DNA of 64,000 bases from Auanema rhodensis. Lineage: Eukaryota > Animalia > Nematoda. The notes beneath the pieces are model-generated. The model had not been told where the DNA came from. It was given only the letters and a program-made list of their open reading frames with translations, and did no database searches. The stretch covers positions 22,506,001 through 22,570,000 of the forward strand of contig OZ059897.1 of NCBI GenBank assembly GCA_964057225.1, in the 5' to 3' direction. How positions within the stretch are numbered: the first letter of the stretch is position 1; each line of letters starts with the position of its first letter. This document shows positions 55,445-64,000 of this stretch, piece by piece. The position numbers and the translations under genes are program-made.

Positions 55445-57493
55445 TCTAATTTTGAAAACCGCATCTCTTTATCTTTCACGTGAAGCGAGTTACATACCAA
55501 GTGCACATCACGTGTACATTTAATTAGCATAAATTAAAGTTCACGTAAATTTCAAAGTCATGGTTACCATGAACCAATATCAATAAAAATTTGTTTTTAG
55601 ACTAATATGGACATGGGGAATCTAATTTTGAAAACCGCATCTCTTTATCTTTCACGTGAAGCGAGTTACATACCAAGTGCCCATCACGTGTACATTTAAT
55701 TAGCATAAATTAAAGTTCACGTAAATTTCAAAGTCATGGTTACCATGCACCAATATCAATAAAAATTTGTTTTTAGACTAATATGGACATGGCGAATCTA
55801 ATTTTGAAAACCGCATCTCGTTATCTTTCACGTGAAGCGAGTTACATACCAAGTGCACATCACGTGTACATTTAATTAGCATAAATTAAAGTTCACGTAA
55901 ATTTCAAAGTCATGGTTACCATGCACCAATATCAATAAAAATTTGTTTTTAGACTAATATGGACATGGGGAATCTAATTTTGAAAACCGCATCTCTTTAT
56001 CTTTCACGTGAAGCGAGTTACATACCAAGTGCACATCACGTGTACATTTAATTAGCATAAATTAAAGTTCACGTAAATTTCAAAGTCATGGTTACCATGC
56101 ACCAATATCAATAAAAATCTGTTTTTAGACTAATATGGACATGGGGAATCTAATTTTGAAAACCGCATCTCTTTATCTTTCACGTGAAGCGAGTTACATA
56201 CCAAGTGCACATCACGTGTACATTTAATTAGCATAAATTAAAGTTCACGTAAATTTCAAAGTCATGGTTACCATAAACCAATATCAATAAAAATTTGTTT
56301 TTAGACTAATATGGACATGGGGAATCTAATTTTGAAAACCGCATCTCTTTATCTTTCACGTGAAGCGAGTTACATACCAAGTGCCCATCACGTGTACATT
56401 TAATTAGCATAAATTAAAGTTCACGTAAATTTCAAAGTCATGGTTACCATGCACCAATATCAATAAAAATTTGTTTTTAGACTAATATGGACATGGGGAA
56501 TCTAATTTTGAAAACCGCATCTCCTTATCTTTCACGTGAAGCGAGTTACATACCAAGTGCACATCACGTGTACATTTAATTAGCATAAATTAAAGTTCAC
56601 GTAAATTTCAAAGTCATGGTTACCATGCACCAATATCAATAAAAATTTGTTTTTAGACTAATATGGACATGGGGAATCTAATTTTGAAAACCGCATCTCT
56701 TCATCTTTCACGTGAAGCGAGTTACATACCAAGTGCACATCACGTGTACATTTAATTAGCATAAATTAAAGTTCACGTAAATTTCAAAGTCATGGTTACC
56801 ATGCACCAATATCAATAAAAATTTGTTTTTAGACTAATATGGACATGGGGAATCTAATTTTGAAAACCGCATCTCTTTATCTTTCACGTGAAGCGAGTTA
56901 CATACCAAGTGCACATCACGTGTACATTTAATTAGCATAAATTAAAGTTCACGTAAATTTCAAAGTCATGGTTACCATGCACCAATGTCAATAAAAATTT
57001 GTTTTTAGACTAATATGGACATGGGGAATCTAATTTTGAAAACCGCATCTCTTCATCTTTCACGTGAAGCGAGTTACATACCAAGTGCACATCACGTGTA
57101 CATTTAATTAGCATAAATTAAACTTCACGTAAATTTCAAAGTCATGGTTACCATGCACCAATATCAATAAAAATTTGTTTTTAGACTAATATGGACATGG
57201 GGAATCTAATTTTGAAAACCGCATCTCTTTATCTTTCACGTGAAGCGAGTTACATACCAAGTGCACATCACGTGTACATTTAATTAGCATAAATTAAAGT
57301 TCACGTAAATTTCAAAGTCATGGTTACCATGCACCAATGTCAATAAAAATTTGTTTTTAGACTAATATGGACATGGGGAATCTAATTTTGAAAACCGCAT
57401 CTCTTCATCTTTCACGTGAAGCGAGTTACATACCAAGTGCACATCACGTGTACATTTAATTAGCATAAATTAAAGTTCACGTAAATTTCAAAA

Positions 57494-60400
57494 TCATGGT
57501 TACCATGCACCAATATCAATAAAAATCTGTTTTTAAACTAATATGGACATGGGGAATCTAATTTTGAAAACCGCATCTCTTTATCTTTCACGTGAAGCGA
57601 GTTACATACCAAGTGCACATCACGTGTACATTTAATTAGCATAAATTAAAGTTCATGTAAATTTCAAAGTCATGGTTACCATGCACCAATATCAATAAAA
57701 ATTTGTTTTTAGACTAATATGGACATGGGGAATCTAATTTTGAAAACCGCATCTCTTTATCTTTCACGTGAAGCGAGTTACATACCAAGTGCACATCACG
57801 TGTACATTTAATTAGCATAAATTAAAGTTCACGTAAATTTCAAAGTCATGGTTACCATGCACCAATATCAATAAAAATTTGTTTTTAAACTAATATGGAC
57901 ATGGGGAATCTAATTTTGAAAACCGCATCTCTTTATCTTTCACGTGAAGCGAGTTACATACCAAGTGCACATCACGTGTACATTTAATTAGCATGAATTA
58001 AAGTTCACGTAAATTTCAAAGTCATGGTTACCATGAACCAATATCAATAAAAATTTGTTTTTAGACTAATATGGACATGGGGAATCTAATTTTGAAAACC
58101 GCATCTCTTTATCTTTCACGTGAAGCGAGTTACATACCAAGTGCACATCACGTGTACATTTAATTAGCATAAATTAAAGTTCACGTAAATTTCAAAGTCA
58201 TGGTTACCATGAACCAATATCAATAAAAATTTGTTTTTAGACTAATATGGACATGGGGAATCTAATTTTGAAAACCGCATCTCTTTATCTTTCACGTGAA
58301 GCGAGTTACATACCAAGTGCACATCACGTGTACATTTAATTAGCATAAATTAAAGTTCACGTAAATTTCAAAGTCATGGTTACCATGCACCAATATCAAT
58401 AAAAATTTGTTTTTAGACTAATATGGACATGGGGAATCTAATTTTGAAAACCGCATCTCTTTATCTTTCACGTGAAGCGAGTTACATACCAAGTGCACAT
58501 CACGTGTACATTTAATTAGCATAAATTAAAGTTCACGTAAATTTCAAAGTCATGGTTACCATGCACCAATGTCAATAAAAATTTGTTTTTAGACTAATAT
58601 GGACATGGGGAATCTAATTTTGCAAACCGCATCTCTTCATCTTTCACGTGAAGCGAGTTACATACCAAGTGCACATCACGTGTACATTTAATTAGCATAA
58701 ATTAAAGTTCACGTAAATTTCAAAGTCATGGTTACCATGCACCAATATCAATACAAATTTGTTTTTAGACTAATATGGACATGGGGAATCTAATTTTGAA
58801 AACCGCATCTCTTTATCTTTCACGTGAAGCGAGTTACATACCAAGTGCACATCACGTGTACATTTAATTAGCATAAATTAAAGTTCACGTAAATTTCAAA
58901 GTCATGGTTACCATGCACCAATGTCAATAAAAATTTGTTTTTAGACTAATATGGACATGGGGAATCTAATTTTGCAAACCGCATCTCTTCATCTTTCACG
59001 TGAAGCGAGTTACATACCAAGTGCACATCACGTGTACATTTAATTAGCATAAATTAAAGTTCACGTAAATTTCAAAGTCATGGTTACCATGCACCAATAT
59101 CAATACAAATTTGTTTTTAGACTAATATGGACATGGGGAATCTAATTTTGAAAACCGCATCTCTTTATCTTTCACGTGAAGCGAGTTACATACCAAGTGC
59201 ACATCACGTGTACATTTAATTAGCATAAATTAAAGTTCACGTAAATTTCAAAGTCATGGTTACCATGCACCAATGTCAATAAAAATTTGTTTTTAGACTA
59301 ATATGGACATGGGGAATCTAATTTTGAAAACCGCATCTCTTTATCTTTCACGTGAAGCGAGTTACATACCAAGTGCACATCACGTGTACATTTAATTAGC
59401 ATAAATTAAAGTTCACGTAAATTTCAAAGTCATGGTTACCATGAACCAATATCAATAAAAATTTGTTTTTAGACTAATATGGACATGGGGAATCTAATTT
59501 TGAAAACCGCATATCTTTATCTTTCACGTGAAGCGAGTTACATACCAAGTGCACATCACGTGTACATTTAATTAGCATAAATTAAAGTTCACGTAAATTT
59601 CAAAGTCATGGTTACCATGCACCAATGTCAATAAAAATTTGTTTTTAGACTAATATGGACATGGGGAATCTAATTTTGAAAACCGCATCTCTTCATCTTT
59701 CACGTGAAGCGAGTTACATACCAAGTGCACATCACGTGTACATTTAATTAGCATAAATTAAAGTTCACGTAAATTTCAAAGTCATGGTTACCATGCACCA
59801 ATATCAATACAAATTTGTTTTTAGACTAATATGGACATGGGGAATCTAATTTTGAAAACCGCATCTCTTTATCTTTCACGTGAAGCGAGTTACATACCAA
59901 GTGCACATCACGTGTACATTTAATTAGCATAAATTAAAGTTCACGTAAATTTCAAAGTCATGGTTACCATGCACCAATATCAATAAAAATTTGTTTTTAG
60001 ACTAATATGGACATGGGGAATCTAATTTTGAAAACCGCATCTCTTTATCTTTCACGTGAAGCGAGTTACATACCAAGTGCACATCACGTGTACATTTAAT
60101 TAGCATAAATTAAAGTTCACGTAAATTTCAAAGTCATGGTTACCATGCACCAATGTCAATAAAAATTTGTTTTTAGACTAATATGGACATGGGGAATCTA
60201 ATTTTGAAAACCGCATCTCTTCATCTTTCACGTGAAGCGAGTTACATACCAAGTGCACATCACGTGTACATTTAATTAGCATAAATTAAAGTTCACGTAA
60301 ATTTCAAAGTCATGGTTACCATGCACCAATATCAATACAAATTTGTTTTTACACTAATATGGACATGGGGAATCTAATTTTGAAAACCGCATCTCTTTAT

Positions 60401-63400
60401 CTTTCACGTGAAGCGAGTTACATACCAAGTGCACATCACGTGTACATTTAATTAGCATAAATTAAAGTTCACGTAAATTTCAAAGTCATGGTTACCATGC
60501 ACCAATGTCAATAAAAATTTGTTTTTAGACTAATATGGACATGGGGAATCTAATTTTGCAAACCGCATCTCTTCATCTTTCACGTGAAGCGAGTTACATA
60601 CCAAGTGCACATCACGTGTACATTTAATTAGCATAAATTAAAGTTCACGTAAATTTCAAAGTCATGGTTACCATGCACCGATATCAATACAAATTTGTTT
60701 TTAGACTAATATGGACATGGGGAATCTAATTTTGAAAACCGCATCTCTTTATCTTTCACGTGAAGCGAGTTACATACCAAGTGCACATCACGTGTACATT
60801 TAATTAGCATAAATTAAAGTTCACGTAAATTTCAAAGTCATGGTTACCATGAACCAATATCAATAAAAATTTGTTTTTAGACTAATATGGACATGGGGAA
60901 TCTAATTTTGAAAACCGCATCTCTTTATCTTTCACGTGAAGCGAGTTACATACCAAGTGCACATCACGTGTACATTTAATTAGCATAAATTAAAGTTCAC
61001 GTAAATTTCAAAGTCATGGTTACCATGCACCAATATCAATAAAAATCTGTTTTTAAACTAATATGGACATGGGGAATCTAATTTTGAAAACCGCATCTCT
61101 TTATCTTTCACGTGAAGCGAGTTACATACCAAGTGCACATCACGTGTACATTTAATTAGCATAAATTAAAGTTCATGTAAATTTCAAAGTCATGGTTACC
61201 ATGCACCAATATCAATAAAAATTTGTTTTTAGACTAATATGGACATGGGGAATCTAATTTTGAAAACCGCATCTCTTTATCTTTCACGTGAAGCGAGTTA
61301 CATACCAAGTGCACATCACGTGTACATTTAATTAGCATAAATTAAAGTTCACGTAAATTTCAAAGTCATGGTTACCATGCACCAATATCAATAAAAATTT
61401 GTTTTTAAACTAATATGGACATGGGGAATCTAATTTTGAAAACCGCATCTCTTTATCTTTCACGTGAAGCGAGTTACATACCAAGTGCACATCACGTGTA
61501 CATTTAATTAGCATGAATTAAAGTTCACGTAAATTTCAAAGTCATGGTTACCATGAACCAATATCAATAAAAATTTGTTTTTAGACTAATATGGACATGG
61601 GGAATCTAATTTTGAAAACCGCATCTCTTTATCTTTCACGTGAAGCGAGTTACATACCAAGTGCACATCACGTGTACATTTAATTAGCATAAATTAAAGT
61701 TCACGTAAATTTCAAAGTCATGGTTACCATGAACCAATATCAATAAAAATTTGTTTTTAGACTAATATGGACATGGGGAATCTAATTTTGAAAACCGCAT
61801 CTCTTTATCTTTCACGTGAAGCGAGTTACATACCAAGTGCACATCACGTGTACATTTAATTAGCATAAATTAAAGTTCACGTAAATTTCAAAGTCATGGT
61901 TACCATGCACCAATATCAATAAAAATTTGTTTTTAGACTAATATGGACATGGGGAATCTAATTTTGAAAACCGCATCTCTTTATCTTTCACGTGAAGCGA
62001 GTTACATACCAAGTGCACATCACGTGTACATTTAATTAGCATAAATTAAAGTTCACGTAAATTTCAAAGTCATGGTTACCATGCACCAATGTCAATAAAA
62101 ATTTGTTTTTAGACTAATATGGACATGGGGAATCTAATTTTGCAAACCGCATCTCTTCATCTTTCACGTGAAGCGAGTTACATACCAAGTGCACATCACG
62201 TGTACATTTAATTAGCATAAATTAAAGTTCACGTAAATTTCAAAGTCATGGTTACCATGCACCAATATCAATACAAATTTGTTTTTAGACTAATATGGAC
62301 ATGGGGAATCTAATTTTGAAAACCGCATCTCTTTATCTTTCACGTGAAGCGAGTTACATACCAAGTGCACATCACGTGTACATTTAATTAGCATAAATTA
62401 AAGTTCACGTAAATTTCAAAGTCATGGTTACCATGCACCAATGTCAATAAAAATTTGTTTTTAGACTAATATGGACATGGGGAATCTAATTTTGCAAACC
62501 GCATCTCTTCATCTTTCACGTGAAGCGAGTTACATACCAAGTGCACATCACGTGTACATTTAATTAGCATAAATTAAAGTTCACGTAAATTTCAAAGTCA
62601 TGGTTACCATGCACCAATATCAATACAAATTTGTTTTTAGACTAATATGGACATGGGGAATCTAATTTTGAAAACCGCATCTCTTTATCTTTCACGTGAA
62701 GCGAGTTACATACCAAGTGCACATCACGTGTACATTTAATTAGCATAAATTAAAGTTCACGTAAATTTCAAAGTCATGGTTACCATGCACCAATGTCAAT
62801 AAAAATTTGTTTTTAGACTAATATGGACATGGGGAATCTAATTTTGAAAACCGCATCTCTTTATCTTTCACGTGAAGCGAGTTACATACCAAGTGCACAT
62901 CACGTGTACATTTAATTAGCATAAATTAAAGTTCACGTAAATTTCAAAGTCATGGTTACCATGAACCAATATCAATAAAAATTTGTTTTTAGACTAATAT
63001 GGACATGGGGAATCTAATTTTGAAAACCGCATATCTTTATCTTTCACGTGAAGCGAGTTACATACCAAGTGCACATCACGTGTACATTTAATTAGCATAA
63101 ATTAAAGTTCACGTAAATTTCAAAGTCATGGTTACCATGCACCAATGTCAATAAAAATTTGTTTTTAGACTAATATGGACATGGGGAATCTAATTTTGAA
63201 AACCGCATCTCTTCATCTTTCACGTGAAGCGAGTTACATACCAAGTGCACATCACGTGTACATTTAATTAGCATAAATTAAAGTTCACGTAAATTTCAAA
63301 GTCATGGTTACCATGCACCAATATCAATACAAATTTGTTTTTAGACTAATATGGACATGGGGAATCTAATTTTGAAAACCGCATCTCTTTATCTTTCACG

Positions 63401-64000
63401 TGAAGCGAGTTACATACCAAGTGCACATCACGTGTACATTTAATTAGCATAAATTAAAGTTCACGTAAATTTCAAAGTCATGGTTACCATGCACCAATAT
63501 CAATAAAAATTTGTTTTTAGACTAATATGGACATGGGGAATCTAATTTTGAAAACCGCATCTCTTTATCTTTCACGTGAAGCGAGTTACATACCAAGTGC
63601 ACATCACGTGTACATTTAATTAGCATAAATTAAAGTTCACGTAAATTTCAAAGTCATGGTTACCATGCACCAATGTCAATAAAAATTTGTTTTTAGACTA
63701 ATATGGACATGGGGAATCTAATTTTGAAAACCGCATCTCTTCATCTTTCACGTGAAGCGAGTTACATACCAAGTGCACATCACGTGTACATTTAATTAGC
63801 ATAAATTAAAGTTCACGTAAATTTCAAAGTCATGGTTACCATGCACCAATATCAATACAAATTTGTTTTTACACTAATATGGACATGGGGAATCTAATTT
63901 TGAAAACCGCATCTCTTTATCTTTCACGTGAAGCGAGTTACATACCAAGTGCACATCACGTGTACATTTAATTAGCATAAATTAAAGTTCACGTAAATTT
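57494..64000. repeat. 20-monomer higher-order repeat (3520 bp), one full copy plus a second truncated by the window end
   Basis: TTCATG (57656/61176), AATCTG+TTTAAACT, CATGAATT, GCATATCT, TTTACACT and the TTGCAAA/ATACAAA series all recur at +3520. Confidence 0.92.

Larger units (their letters stand above)
1..64000. repeat. Tandem satellite array, 176-bp monomer, ~363.6 head-to-tail copies, single orientation; candidate centromeric/pericentromeric satellite
   Basis: TCTAATTTTGAAAACCGC recurs at 1, 177, 353, 529, 706 ... 63365, 63541, 63717, 63893. The 176-bp period holds throughout with a net register shift of only +4 bp. The consensus has 57 G+C in 176 bp. The centromeric role is inferred from monomer size and homogeneity only. 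Confidence 0.99.

Noticed and set aside
1-64000. CRISPR array or other repeat-spacer or cassette system
   Set aside because: There are no unique spacers: the whole 176 bp is repeated, and no cas, integrase or reverse transcriptase genes are present.
1-64000. Tandem RNA gene cluster (5S rRNA, tRNA, snRNA, spliced leader)
   Set aside because: I see no cloverleaf, A/B or C box pattern, or recognisable 5S/SL sequence. An Rfam/Infernal search would be the formal test.
1-64000. Long repetitive protein-coding region
   Set aside because: 176 is not a multiple of three, and the ORF track shows nothing longer than 60 aa.
1-64000. A/C pattern at position 128 as an information-bearing code or a single array-wide HOR period
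   Set aside because: The pattern is accounted for by local duplications of varying length, and no constant period persists across the window.

Overview
The whole 64,000-bp window is one uninterrupted head-to-tail tandem array (satellite DNA) of a 176-bp monomer, about 32% GC, with 363 full copies plus a partial 364th. The array runs off both ends of the window. Consensus (positions 1-176): TCTAATTTTGAAAACCGCATCTCTTTATCTTTCACGTGAAGCGAGTTACATACCAAGTGCACATCACGTGTACATTTAATTAGCATAAATTAAAGTTCACGTAAATTTCAAAGTCATGGTTACCATG[C/A]ACCAATATCAATAAAAATTTGTTTTTAGACTAATATGGACATGGGGAA. I found no genes, transposons, inversions, spacers or unique sequence. The three 60-aa ORFs are accidental stop read-throughs in variant monomers. 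Most monomers differ from the consensus by 0-3 substitutions, and I found only five small indels by tracking the register. Nucleosome-sized monomers, high homogeneity and many dyad symmetries fit a eukaryotic centromeric or pericentromeric satellite, but that is inference and I cannot name the family or organism. Two levels of structure stand out. First, the monomer carries three evenly spaced TCACGT boxes (E-box/G-box/CDEI-like), several palindromes, and a near 50:50 A/C site on the edge of the longest palindrome. Second, rare SNP markers reveal local higher-order repeats of many sizes (2, 3, 4, 5, 7, 8/9/15, 14 and 20 monomers), older long-range duplications, a chimeric monomer, and regional turnover of variants. 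All variant calls were made by eye.
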